Below, one piece after another: positions 1 through 12,770 of a stretch of DNA of 64,000 nucleotides; position 1 is the stretch's first letter, and every line of letters begins with the position of its first letter. A model generated the notes under the pieces. That model was not told the DNA's origin and ran no database searches. It was given only the letters and a program-made list of their open reading frames with translations. The stretch is taken from NCBI GenBank assembly GCA_951406725.2, contig OX597818.1:140740001-140804000 (forward strand), in the 5' to 3' direction. This DNA is from Octopus vulgaris (Eukaryota). The position numbers were made by a program, and so were the translations under genes.

Positions 1-20
1 CCTGTCTTTCATTGTTATTA

Positions 21-60
<40 letters not shown>

Positions 61-177
61 CAGGGCTATTACTCTCCCTGCTTCTCCTTCATTGAATTAC
101 TAATTTCTATGCTCCCCTTTCATTTCTACTTCATCTCCTACTCCCATTTTGTGATTTTGTGGACAAATTTATATATG

Positions 178-210
<33 letters not shown>

Positions 211-213
211 GTA

Positions 214-248
<35 letters not shown>

Positions 249-481
249 GTGCGTGCGTGTGTGTGTATGCGTATATATATAAAACACTACGCTCATTATT
301 ATATTAGGAGATAATATGCATTATAGAATTGATAGTCATTCTTTGTTAATAAAAAGAGCAAAATAGGAATACATTTATGTAGAATAGATAGATAGAAAGT
401 GAGAGAAAGCGAGAGAAAAAAGAAGGAAAGAAAGAAACAAAGACAGAGAAATAGTGATAGACAGACAAACAAATATTTAGT

Positions 482-528
482 TAGATAGATAGGTAGATAG
501 ACAGATAGATAGATAGATAGATAGACAT

Positions 529-592
<64 letters not shown>
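482..592. repeat. (GATA)n microsatellite
   Basis: Long AGAT run; accounts for the IYLS repeat in ORF 299..688. Confidence 0.95.
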
Positions 593-593
<1 letters not shown>

Positions 594-1028
594 CACAGAA
601 TGAGAACGAGGGTTATAGGTTTTAAGTGTTCAAAACTGAAAATATGAAGTACAATGACTATTTGATGTTGTGAACGTAATTTAGCCATGATATTTTCAAG
701 ATAAATGCATTAGGTGTTGCGATTACTGTGTTAGTTACCATGAGAAGACATGTCATATGAACTCGTGGTGCACAAAAGCACTCATGTATATATGGCTACG
801 GCCTCTGCGACTGCCAGATAACTTGATTTCCTCCTTCGTTGCGCTTTTCAACGTCAGACCTATAGTGAAGACATAGCAGCCGATTTTCCCATTAATGATA
901 TATAGAATATAAGTTTTTATTCAGACACTGCTCTCGCAAATAGCCTGTTGGTTTATTAAAAATAATTTTTATTAATTATATTCAATAAAACAGATTTACT
1001 CACATTTAAATAAATCTATATTTTGAGT

Positions 1029-1220
1029 CGCCATGATAGATCGTTAGCCACTACACACATTTTTTCTCTCCTTGTTTTTTATGTATCCCTTTCTGTAGAA
1101 GAGCGTAGGCTCGAAACGTAAAATACTTTTTCTATTCCTGAGCGTTATACTAATGCATCTGTTTGTTTTGTGCACCACCTGGCTACGTCTTTTGTTTTTT
1201 TTTTCGTAAACTCTCCCTAT
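1029..1220 (+). mobile_element. ~190-bp dispersed repeat with hammerhead-like motif, copy 1 (putative Penelope pLTR or retrozyme-like)
   Basis: Homologous to 9717-9911(-), 48681-48865 and 51133-51312; contains TTT-CTGTAGA-A-GAGC-GTAG-GCTC-GAAA-CG-TA-AAA at 1090-1123. Confidence 0.7.
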
Positions 1221-1279
1221 ATTTTGTATATATAGATTTACTCAAATACATCAATTTATTTCTATGACAATCGTTTCAT

Positions 1280-1500
1280 ATCGTCTCCCGCTAGATCATC
1301 ATCCCAGGCCTTTATTCTCATTCGACTCAGCAGCTGCGTGCCGGAAGAAGCTTCATGGCAGGCCCGATTCCAGATTATTGAACGTAAATAAATGGGCCGT
1401 GGTAGGGGATTATCTCCAAAGGCTCGACATGACCTTGAAGGATGCAGAGGGGAAGGCACGAGACTACTGAAGTATCTGGTCCACTCTACGCATGATGATG
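1280..1500 (+). mobile_element. Degenerate RTE-like LINE 3' end
   Basis: HGRPDSRLL...LQRLDMTLKDAEGKARD resembles RTE C-termini; ends in a short (GAT)n tail. Confidence 0.35.
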
Positions 1501-1653
1501 CCTCTAGGACTACAAACTTGGAATGATCCCATTCCCATCAAACAAGAGCATGAAACCAAACCAAGCTATATTCATATGTTCGAGTAATTTCGTCGTATTA
1601 TAGCCAGTTGAGCTATTTCTTTGAATAATCTTTTCTTCTGGTTTATATGAGAA

Positions 1654-2024
1654 CTAGCAGTATCGCCCGGCGTTGCTCGGGTTTGTAAGGGAAATAACTA
1701 TAAAGCATTTTTAGAGAGTTATAGCCAAAAATTGGAAAGAAAATTATGGTAAATTTTTTTTTAGTTAAAAAGGTCGAGTTGCGTCCCCTAGACAGTCTGT
1801 GGTTTGTGTTTCTGATTCTCGACCCCATGTCGAATTTATCGATTTTTTTCAGAACTGGGGGAACTTTTCAAAATTTTCGCTGCGTTAGTTTTGAATTATG
1901 ACATTGGGCTATGTGTGTGTCAAGTTTCATCAGAATCGGTTGAAAGCCGTGGTCAGGGTGAGGGTACAACCTGACAGACACACAGAAACACACACAGACA
2001 AACTGCCGTTTATATATAGAGAGA
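1654..2024 (-). mobile_element. Non-autonomous Helitron, copy 1
   Basis: On the minus strand it starts TCTCTCTATATATAAA and ends with hairpin CCCGAGCAACGCCGGG then CTAG; inserted between A and T with no TSD; near-identical to 51377-51761. Confidence 0.85.
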
Positions 2025-2407
2025 TAAAGATTTTAGCGAAGGAGATGGAATATCAAAACCAATGACTATTTTTCGCTAAATCATCTTAAATGTACACTTA
2101 CAGGCATGCAGACCTTACGCACGCCCACACACACACATAAGCGCCCTCTCTTACATATACATACTGGCACACTCATAGATATACAAAACACACACACATA
2201 TGTACAGCGGTACATATATATGCTTGCATACTGATTAATGTACGTTCGGAGAAACCCATTTGATTCTATATCTGAGTTTATATTCATAATTTAACATATT
2301 CATGTGCAAATATTTATCTACCTAGCATTTACACATATTTTCACATTATGTGTGTGTTTACATGCAAACACACACATTTACAAACACACACATTTATAAA
2401 CACGCAA

Positions 2408-2448
<41 letters not shown>

Positions 2449-2770
2449 GCACTCCGTCGCTTACGACGACGAGGGGTCCAATTCATCCGTTCAACGGAAC
2501 AGCCTGCTCGTCAAATTAACGTGCAAGAGGCTGAGGACTCCGCAGACACGCATACTCTTAACGTAGTTCTCAGGGAAATTGAGTGTGACACAGCATGTGA
2601 CAAGACTAGACCTTTGAAATACGGGTACTATTCACTTTTTTGCTAGCTGAGTGAACTGGAGAAATGTGAAATAAAGTCTCTTGCTCAAGGACAAAACGTG
2701 CCACCGGGAATCGAACTCGCGACCTTACAATCGTGAACCAATAACCTAACCACTAAGCCACACACCTCCC
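2449..2770 (-). mobile_element. tRNA-derived SINE family A (CORE-like body)
   Basis: A box TGGCTTAGTGG, B box GTTCGATTCC, then CCTTGAGCAAG..ACTTTATTTCAC; homologous to 38426-38745 and 50618-50935. Confidence 0.9.
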
Positions 2771-2861
2771 CCCACACACAGACGTATATATATATATATA
2801 AACAATATGTATTCATACATGCACACATGCATATAGGCATACACACACACGCATATATATG

Positions 2862-2940
<79 letters not shown>

Positions 2941-2959
2941 ATATATAAGCATGCATGTA

Positions 2960-3110
2960 TGCCTGTATCCCTGGAGATTACATCAGGATAGGAGAGTGTG
3001 CGCCCTCTGGTATCGCGGGTAGATGGCTTCCAGGGGAGAAGAGCAGAAATTACCTCGTTTTCAGCTCTACCTTTCACAAGAGATGATACAGGTGGTAGTT
3101 TCCCATGTAT
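2960..3110 (-). mobile_element. RTE-clade LINE 3' fragment
   Basis: GKLPPVSSLVKGRAENEVISALLPWKPSTRDTRGRTLSYPDVISRDTG; near-identical to 4523-4697 with a small internal deletion. Confidence 0.8.
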
Positions 3111-4140
3111 TTGTATATATATATAAGCATGCATGTATAAGCATGCATTATAAGTGTGCGTTTATGTATGTAATATGCATTTGTTTTCATAAAATAGCGG
3201 TTTTTGGAGTTCTCTCTATTATTAGTCTGAGTTCAGGCGGTCAGACGATAGAGTCTAAACCGTGCCTTACTATAAACTTAGTGGTAATTTTTCCAGCTTT
3301 AATTTCAGAGGTCAAATTTGCCTTTTATTCCATCGTAGGTTGATAAGTGCCATGTAATCGCTCTTATCTATTGGCCCACTTCACAAGAAAAGAAAAGTGA
3401 GACCTTATACCAATAGTAGAATGGTTTATTATTTATTGCTCTGAATTTCGCGACAATCTGAATTAAGCAACCAGAACTAAATTTGGATTATTTGTGTTAC
3501 TTGAGAGAAATCTAGTTGGCATTAGCATGGACATTGAATGAATTATTACAGACCTCCATGTATATTCCACTCATCATATATTTCTCATCACGTGGCTATA
3601 GGACTGGTCACTTACCCAGATTAGTGCCTGAAAAAACAAACTCGTAACGCTTGGTTCCGATACCAAACTTCCTAACCACACAATGATGGCTGCACCCAGA
3701 TAGTGTTGTAATTAAAACTATCTCAATACTATATATGTCTCTATTATTATTTTTTTCTTTTTCTGACATTGTTAACTTTAGCAATATTGGAAGGAAACGG
3801 GTGCGGCGTTTTATCATAACATTCTGTTTTATAGAACTCAACGTACCATGACAAAAATTAAAAGCGTCAAAGATTTTTCAATCTTTTTTCCTCTCATTTA
3901 ATCATGTAATATTATTTTATAGCTAGTTTTTTATATTTCATTTCTAAAAAAATTTTTATTGGTTGCGGCGAAGAAGAACATAGTAAATTGAACAAATCAA
4001 AAAAAAAAAACGTAATAATAATAATTTGAATAAAATACGATCACATTATTTTGGGTGTGGAGCGTTGATTATATTGATGCATTACCGCAGTGTTTGTACT
4101 TTAATAAATTTTTCTAATAATTAGTTGAAGTGGGGACGAG

Positions 4141-4292
4141 TGTAAGGTTACGCTCCAATAAATAACAGGTCAGTTGGCTTTTGTGTCGTATCTAAGCAGC
4201 CATGAATATAAAATAGTTGTACACTTAGACTGCAGTTTATTCACAATAAACTGCTATTCTACTAAAGTATATGTAGTGTAATATTTATAACA
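4141..4292 (+). mobile_element. Possible short LTR preceded by a polypurine tract
   Basis: Purine-rich GAAGTGGGGACGAG directly before TGTAAG; ends ATAACA; internal AATAAA; no second copy or internal domain seen. Confidence 0.35.
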
Positions 4293-4387
4293 CAGAAGGT
4301 AGAGCAGCAAAATTATCACATTAATAGTAACTGTTGTGATTCAACACTGTTTGATTTTCCGATAATTTACTCGAAACCTAGTGTTGT

Positions 4388-4798
4388 GTTCTACTATATG
4401 GGTCAGAAACCTGGACGTTATCAAAAAATCTTGAGAGACGGTTGGATGGAACTTACACTCACCTCCTTATGAAAGCTCAAAATCTCTCGTGGAAGAGTCA
4501 CCCGACCAAAGTACAAATATTAGGAAACTACCACCTGTGTCATCTCTTGTGAAAGGTAGGAGAGTCCAGTTTGCTGGACATTGTTATAGAGCTGAAAACG
4601 AGGCAATTTATGCTCTTCTTCCCTGGAAGCCATCTACCCGCGATACCAGAGGGCGCACCATTCTCCTACCCTGATGTAATCTCCAGGGATACAGACATCC
4701 AGCAACAGGACCTGAGTAATGCTATGATGGATCGAGAAGTCTGGCGTAGCATGGTAAATTCCATTGTCTCGACCACGGTCAAACAATGATGATGATGA
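4388..4798 (+). mobile_element. RTE-clade LINE, 5'-truncated 3' end
   Basis: Frameshifted LLYGSETWTLSKNLERRLDGTY...RRVQFAGHCYRA...AMMDREVWRSMV, then a (TGA)n tail. Confidence 0.88.
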
Positions 4799-5760
4799 GT
4801 GTTGTGCTTGTTTCGAGATTGCGTGTCTACCGTGATATTTTCCAAACATGCGTGAGCCGTTTTATTTTAAATACATACCGATATATATTTAAATATTGCA
4901 AGGCATTGCTGTGGGGCAAGAAGAACCTAAACATTCGTTCTATGCCCGAATGAGTGGGACATGAAGAAGAATAGAGAATATTCTAATGGGCAGTTTCATA
5001 TTTTCGTCACTCCTAAGGGATTTTCTACTCAGATTACTTTTCCAGTCAATAGAATAGAGTATTCATCCCATATATATGGTAATAATTATGCTAACATATA
5101 AGATAGTAGCCTAATTTTCAAATTTGTACGGTTGCCAGTTAGTCTGATTAGTCAGAGATGAGTGGACTGCTATGGACACAAGAGACATCGTCAGCACGAC
5201 GCTATAAACAAAAACTAATTGCCATGCATAATTCAGAGTGGCCAATGGCAAGTATTTGAATAACATAAACAAATACAGGTAAATCAAATACCATATATTA
5301 CTAATTCTCACTTTACGAAAATTGTTCAGAGAATATGTAATAATTACCAAATAGCAATTCAGGCCCAATATCAAGCGAGAAGAGGAATAACCTCAAGAAT
5401 TAGGAGTTCTCTACCAACTTTGGTGAAGGCGTGGTACACAACATCAAGCCATGTTCGTGCGGCGGTGTATATTGCTATACTTTTTGTAAGTGTGTGTGTT
5501 GGTGTTGGGATATATATATCAATGTTCTTAATTTTGCTTCTTTTTCTTATCGACAGTTTGATAGTATTGTTGGGGGTAAATTGCATAGTATTAAACAGAG
5601 TGTCAGTAAATAAACCAATACAATCTTATCTCTCATCTGATTACAATTCCGACTTTATTAACATAAGTACGATAACTTGTTGGTTATCTTACTTATGTCA
5701 GTATTTCTTTCCTTCATTCCCTCTCAACTCTCTCCGTACACACACACACTCTCTCTCTCT

Positions 5761-5761
5761 C

Positions 5762-5837
<76 letters not shown>
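5761..5837. repeat. (CA)n microsatellite
   Basis: Near-perfect CA run. Confidence 0.95.
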
Positions 5838-5839
<2 letters not shown>

Positions 5840-7159
5840 GTAGAGAATGAAAATGCAAAATGTTCGGTATCACTCGAAAAACATTTAATATAACTTTGTC
5901 TCCATTTAAATTAAATGCTCTTCGAGTGATTCCAAACATTTTGCTTTTACCATTTTCTACTTTTAGCTATATCCACCCGCTCAAAAGGAAACTACATCTA
6001 GCTATCTTTTAATAGGTATTTTCAGCACCACGTTTTTCAGTCGCAGGTAACAATTTTAAGAATATCTAGCTACGACTATCAAAGCTATCCCCAAATTCAA
6101 ACACCTTTACTTATAACTTAACGCAACAAAATACAACGAGGCTTTGTCCAAAGTGAGTGTAAGGACAAAACATTGTAGAGCTGTAAGAAATATTTTTATA
6201 AGGATCAACAATATAGGAAAAAACAATAATAATGCCCCACTAGTTTTAATTACCAATCATTTGCACGCACTCCACATATTCAATTTATTTTAGACTCATG
6301 CAAATAATTTTTTTATTTCCTCATATTTAAATAATACCCTAATAATTGGCACTTCCAATTATCATTGAAGAAATATAAAATCAAGTTTGTTAATCCATAT
6401 GCATGTCAGATTAATTCGCGTAAATTTTGGAATAATCCGTGTGACGATTCGGTAATCCTATTCATGCATGTAAACATACATACATACATGCATACATGTA
6501 TGCATGCATACACGTGCACACAATTTATATACTGAGATATTTTACAAATATCCCATTATTATATATGTTGGGTTTTCCTTGGTTAATGTTAATCATACAT
6601 CTGCACATTCATATGCAGGCTTTGACAAAATTTCTTGAGGAAAACTGGATTTGCCTATATATGCAAATCTCTTCTCTCCATTCCACTGATAGATATGCTA
6701 GGAAAAGGCTGATGACTTGGTTCCACACAGCTTAGCACCAGTATCATCGCAAGCGTTGCTGTAAGAGCCCCAAATGCTGGCACAGATACCGCAATGCTTA
6801 ACGTCTAGCACTCAGACAGTTGTGCCAATGCTATAACTATGGAATCGTATCTTTCATTGTGATCCAAAGCAGGAAAGACAACTTCCCTAATAGTGAGACT
6901 AAATTGCATTGTGCTATTGGGACGATCAAAAAGCATATTATTTCAGTATTTCTTGCTGTTATCGCTGTTGATTGAGTTAGTATTTTCGTCGTTATTGTAC
7001 TTGCTTATTTTTTATTAGCCAGTTCAAGATAAGCATGTCTAGAGACACATCGCTTCTTTATGTCAAACGTTATATTCTAATGAATTCTCCTTCAAATATG
7101 TAGAGTGTCATTTGTGAAAAATTTGGCAGCTATTTCTTTCAGAGTTAGGGAACTGATAG

Positions 7160-8058
7160 TACGAGGGGATACACAATAGGAACCGGAATTTTGCAGTGAT
7201 ATTTTATTCAGTAAGCTTTACGTGTTTACACTCTTATCACCTTCAAAGAGTTCTCCGTCTGAAGAAATGTATCGGTCCAGACGCGTTTTCCACTGTTCGA
7301 AGCAGTGCTTGAAATCTTTCGAAGTTATACCTATTAACGCCTCCGTCGTTTTCTTCTTCACCTACTCCATATTCCAAAATTCCGTAGCTCCAGCTTTCAT
7401 CAACAGTGGTAACCTTCGGTAAAAGATCCGGATTAACTTCCAACAGTTCATGCAGTTCACGACATGCATTCAGCCGTGACAGCTTTTGATCTTCCGTGAG
7501 CAAGCGTAGCACAAATTTTGCTGCAACTCTTTTCATTCGCAATTCTTCACTCAAAATTCGTCGAAAGGACACATCAATCATATCAACAAGTTCGTCAATA
7601 CTTCAGTGACGAACCTCCAAGATCAGTTGTTGAATTTTCCTGATGTTTTCATTCATCCGGATGGTCGACGGTCGCTCTGAACGTTGTTGGTTTCAAGCGA
7701 CATGTGACCATTCCTAAAGCGTGAAAACCGCTCGGAAATTTGTGTTTTGCTCATGGCAGCGTCTTTGTAAGATATTTCAAGCATGACATCAGTTTTGGCT
7801 GCCGTTTTCCCCAGCAGAAAATAGAATTTCACGGAAGCACGCTATTCCTTCGTTTCAGCTATCGCAAAAATCGATCAACAAGGGAGAAGTACTGCAAAAC
7901 AAAGACGCACCACGTGGCAGTATGACACCAGCGGACAACGCCGGACGGCAGACTGATATCTGAGGGTTGCATCAAGTGGCTTCTAGCGGCGGAAGCCCGA
8001 ACTACGACAGGCATGTCCCACAGAGAACGTTTCCGGTTACTTTAGTATATTTCTCTTT
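7160..8058 (-). mobile_element. Internally deleted mariner DNA transposon (transposase pseudogene)
   Basis: N-terminal VKFYFLLGKTAAKT HTH-like region, KFVLRLLTEDQK (WVPxxL-like) and TVDESW, then a jump to the C-terminus; decayed TIRs TACGAGGGG..AACCGGAA and TTCCGGTT. Confidence 0.88.
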
Positions 8059-9149
8059 AAGATTTATGCAAAGGAAATTATAGCGTTCATAATCATGTTC
8101 AAAACATTTCTATTGATTGTACAGTTCTACAGCTAACTGCACAATTATACAGTTCTATCTTCCATCTTAATTATTTTTCTACTAACCAGTTCAAGGCTTA
8201 AGCAACTTTACTAACAAAACGATGGATTAAAAGTCACAAAACACTTCAAAAATATGCTCATACCTCATTCACTACAGGAGCTAGGGTTCATCTATGCATG
8301 AATAACATTCGATTATTTGAAAACAATAAAAACAAAATCTCGTGTCAAAATATTGACCAATTTCCATTTGACAGATTTATGAAGTTTCGAAGCAAATATT
8401 AGAACACGAACAGAAAATAAAATCTCTTATGAAAATTTTAATAGATTCTAAATTAATTTAGCTTTATTTGGTTTTAAGTCAATGTTCATATATTTGGTCC
8501 TGACCATGGCTCTATGGCAATACTAACATCACCAACACCACCATTATTACAATAAAATTGCCATTGTATTTTTTTTTTGCTTCATCATCAATATTATTAT
8601 TTTGATTATCGTTATTATATAATTATTATGACAAGGACTACCGATACTGCATATGCTTTTGATGTTGTTATTGTTGTTGTTGTTTTTCTTGAGTAGTCGA
8701 CGTTCAGAGATTCAGGAGGAGTATTGTTTTCTGACACGATTAATTTATGAATTTTTAATTTTATTAATTTTATTTCCTTAACCAAGTAATTGGAACATTT
8801 ATAAGTCTACCCAAAATCTATGATAAAGCAATCTTTTTTAGTTTTATATATAGTTTAAACTGTTTACTTAATTTTGACGAATATACAATGGTAATTTTTA
8901 CTTATGTCTGTAGATAGCAGTAGCAGGAATAGGTGCTTTCCACATAGATAATAGCATAAACGAGTTACGGGGAAAATATCAAACATACAGGAAAAAATTT
9001 GCAATAGACAACTCCAGAAATATTTTGATATTGATAAATAATATTTTAAATGTGTACATTTAAAATATTAATTTGTATAAAAGAAATAGTACGAACATAG
9101 ACAATTTCACAACAAGCAAAATCAGCTGCATCATGTCATAGTATTACCT

Positions 9150-9660
9150 AAAGAGCAGCTCGAATTGAGAAAGCTCAAGAAAGGGAGAAGTGGTCGGACG
9201 AAACAGAGGGAGTCCTTTCCTGACGGTTTTATCGAAGAAATTGTGAGGCGGAAGCTGCCACAAATCTGTTAAGCAAAAACAAAAGAAAAGTAGAGACGGA
9301 AAAATTGAAGAATGCCCTGACTGACACGTTACAAAGCGTGTGCTCTTTCGAACGGGGAAGGGTGTATACGGCTGACCTTCAAAATTTAGAACGAAGAAAA
9401 ATACTGAGTAGAACTGCCGTTATAGGCGCTTGCACAGGCAAGTGTCGGAATATGTGGTATCCGAATTATTAGGATTACGACCTGATTTATTGACAGAGAA
9501 ATGACTTTACTTCACTTTTGCACAACGGTACCGATATGTGGTGAGTACACTATGTTATTACCAAGAGTAGGAAAGATAGCAGAGGCAGTCGGAGCAATCA
9601 CCAAACCAACAGAGCTTAAGATTGGATAGAATCGCGTTAGCTTAAATAATAAGCCTCGAT
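9150..9660 (+). mobile_element. Possible Tx1-like ORF1 remnant
   Basis: GC-richer island with an ATG-less open frame (VETEKLKNALTDTLQSVCSFERGRVY) weakly resembling FLTRGKQYG at about 58460. Confidence 0.25.
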
Positions 9661-9679
9661 ATGGTGAGTGATGCCTGTG

Positions 9680-9716
<37 letters not shown>

Positions 9717-9718
<2 letters not shown>

Positions 9719-9911
9719 GGAGAGTTTGAGAGTTTACGAAAAAAACAAAAGACGAAGACAGATGGTGTACAAAAGAAACAGATGTATTAGTATAACGCCC
9801 AGGAATAGAAAAAGTCTTTTACGTTTCGAGCCTACGCTCGACACAGAAAAGGACACAGAAAAAACAGGGAGAGAAAAGAATGTGTGTAGTGGCTAACGAT
9901 CTATCATGGCG
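9717..9911 (-). mobile_element. ~190-bp hammerhead-like repeat, copy 2
   Basis: Reverse complement of 1029-1220; 3' end abuts (TA)n. Confidence 0.75.
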
Positions 9912-10164
9912 CTGACTATATATATATAATGTATGTATATATGTATGTATGTTTGTATTTGTGTATCATGTTGCATGCTTATATGTATATGTGCGAGTGT
10001 GCACACGGATATGTTTGTATTTGTGTGTGCGCGTTCGTTTATACGTTCAGACACAATTTGTAACAGTTTTGTATAACACATTTTACATGGAATGTATCGA
10101 CACTTGAAGACAGTAAAAAAAAGTTATTTGCAGTATTATTGTCGCTGCTGCTGTTGTTGATGAT

Positions 10165-10350
10165 GGAGGCGATAGAATCGTAACGACAAAATGCGTTGCA
10201 TTATTTCTTCCGGCTCTTTATGTTCTAAGTTCAAAACCTGCCGAGATCAAGTTTGGCTTTAATTCATCACGGCTCGATAGTATTCCATATAAATCATGAA
10301 CTAGGGTCGATTTAAACGTTGAACCCCAACTCCTTATGCCTACATTAGAA
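10165..10350 (+). mobile_element. Degenerate SINE family C
   Basis: AGAATCG..GTTCAAAACCTGCCGAG..TTCATCACGGCTCGATA aligns loosely to 31464-31678. Confidence 0.5.
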
Positions 10351-12197
10351 ATAATGATTATAATCGTTTCAATCATTGCTGTTATGATCATCATCGACCG
10401 TCCTTTTGTTATATTGTCATTCGCCGTTATTTCAAAGGTGTTGCTAAAAGTTAACATAGAAAACTATATAGAAGGAAACAAAAAAAAATCACAATGATTA
10501 TTTTTTGTTCGATAAAATTAGCAACATGACAAAAAAAAATGATAATAACGTTTGCAATTGTTTGCTTTAGATGACCAATCGACCTATTGATATTTCAGCC
10601 GATTTCCTCCTGCTTAAATTGATTACATGTTATATTTTAATGGAAATTTAGAGAAATAATGCTATATTTTGTTCTCTGGCATATTAGTATTAGCCTAAAG
10701 CTGTATGTTTTATACGCATGTGTGTTTGTGAGTGTGTGTCTGTGCATGTGTTTGTGATAATTAAGTGGAGAATGTATATTTAGTTTAGCAGAGATGGATT
10801 CACACGCACAGACACAAATCTCATAAATACAAACATAATGAAAACTCTAACATGCATGTCAGCAAACAAACAATCACACCCATGCATACAAACGAACAAA
10901 AATGTACACATACAAACACTCAGACACAATTACGCATGCGCTGGTAGGAGCAATCACGTCCACACAAACAAACAACACTCACAGTAAACAGAGTTGTGTA
11001 CAGAATTGGCAAATAACGAATATAAAAACAAAAAAAATATTATTATCCTTATACAACACTACAAATAACGTTTTTTTTTAATTGCTTCCAAGATGGCATA
11101 TTTTACGAAAATGAATATGAATGAAAAAATGGTTTGCTCATGTAAACGAATATATCAGAAACAAAGCAATGTAGTCTATAATTAAATCGAATAAATTTAA
11201 TATTTTAGTGATATATTCGTGTGTGTGTTTGCGGGGTCGCGTGTGTGAATGTGAGTTTTGTATTATATCTCTTTACATATATAAATATGCATGTCACTTA
11301 CGTACAAGGCCAGTTTATGGGGTTACCATAGGTTTCAAGACCATAAAGGGCTTGGCTTTATGGCGTATTATCAGATCCAAAAAACTGTTGGTTAATGCCT
11401 CTCTAGTGAAAGGTGGAGGGATTTTTTTTACCAAAGAACGAATCGATATAATTTGACGTCCCTTAATTTGCTTTGTAATGATGTATCAGAGTAGAGTATA
11501 ACTTTCTCTCTCACTCTTACGTTAATAGTGTTCCAGCGAGAAGTTTGTTGTACGAAGCATAATCTATGTAGCGATGGTGGGATAGGTGGCCATAGAAACA
11601 ATGTACGGTAGTCCTACGACAACACCATAATAATAGCTATATAGACAATCCGTATTCACATAATTTCAGAAATAATAGCCTCTATAAGGACAATATTTTA
11701 AAGAGCCTAGTTAAACATTCTTCAGATTCGAATAATGAGTAGATTCTATTTAAAGATTCATCTTATTTAAACAACGAATATATTTACCAACAAATATCTA
11801 TTTATCAGGTTCAGGATAAATAGCTTTAATTATTTGATTATTTCTAATCAATTCATTAATTAAAATTATTGATTACGAGACTATGTTTCACAATATGAAC
11901 CATGTTTGGTTATTAACTCATCTCAGTTGATACCAGAAAGACGAGTCTTTTTATAAGGATTTATTTGCTTACAACACGTGGCTGGTTTCAGCTGGATGAT
12001 ATATCGCATCGATTATATTATATAAAGCGTCTTCTCAGTAAGCGTTCTCTTAATTCTTTTCCTCTTTAATAGGTGGCTTGCTTATATTCATCTTTATGAA
12101 TATACTTACATACATTGAAACATAAATACATTCAAACTTTTATGTATATCTATGTGTGTGTATGCGTGCGTATGTATATGTATGTATGCATGTATAT

Positions 12198-12740
12198 GTC
12201 AGGTCACTTTCGAGTGCTACTGGTAACATGTAACCCAGTACAACATGTTGCATGGTCGGGACGTCGGTGACTAAACCGGCAACCCCACCAAGCTTGCTTG
12301 GTGAGGAGGGTGTTTATTGGACACCCTGCGGGATGAAAAACAAAACCCGTCAAAGGGCGGAAGAACTCTTGAGAGTCAACGGCCATCCAAAAAATGTCTT
12401 AAGGCTGTATCATGCGCAGAGACATAGAAATAATCGGACTGAATACCCGATCGCGCGGTTAAACCATTGGGAGTGAAGGACTCCTAGCCTTTGTGAGGGC
12501 ATCCTTCTAAAAGAAGGTAACTCAGGTAACTCGGATAACTCCGACAAAAAACTGCGGTTTAGTGGTTACCGATGATGTTGACTTGTTCGGATTATGGATG
12601 CTGTTGCTTAGTGAGTGGGATTCACTCAGTGCACAGCTTTCCTCACTTTAAAAAAATCTTCTTGCACAGGCATTGCACGATAACAACATTGATTAAGCTT
12701 CGTGCAATGGCCATACTTGATAACGAGGGGGCAGCCACCA
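12198..12740 (+). mobile_element. Structured non-autonomous retroelement with RTE 5'UTR-like motif, copy 1
   Basis: Hairpin-rich, non-coding, flanked by (TATG)n; GGCATCCTTCTAAAAGAAGGTAACTC resembles the RTE 5'UTR motif; homologous at both ends to 12771-13365. Confidence 0.6.
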
Positions 12741-12770
12741 TGCATGTATATATGTATGTATGTATGTTAT

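Noticed and set aside
299-688. 129-aa ORF with IYLS repeats
   Set aside because: Translation of (GATA)n; no domain.
6033-6052. TTTTTCAG-TCGCAG-GTAAC, possible 6-nt microexon on the plus strand
   Set aside because: Weak donor; expected by chance in AT-rich DNA.
12198-12300. HDV-like ribozyme (7-bp P1-like helix with a G-U first pair)
   Set aside because: No room for P3/L3/P1.1 in the required order; kept only as an unclassified structure.
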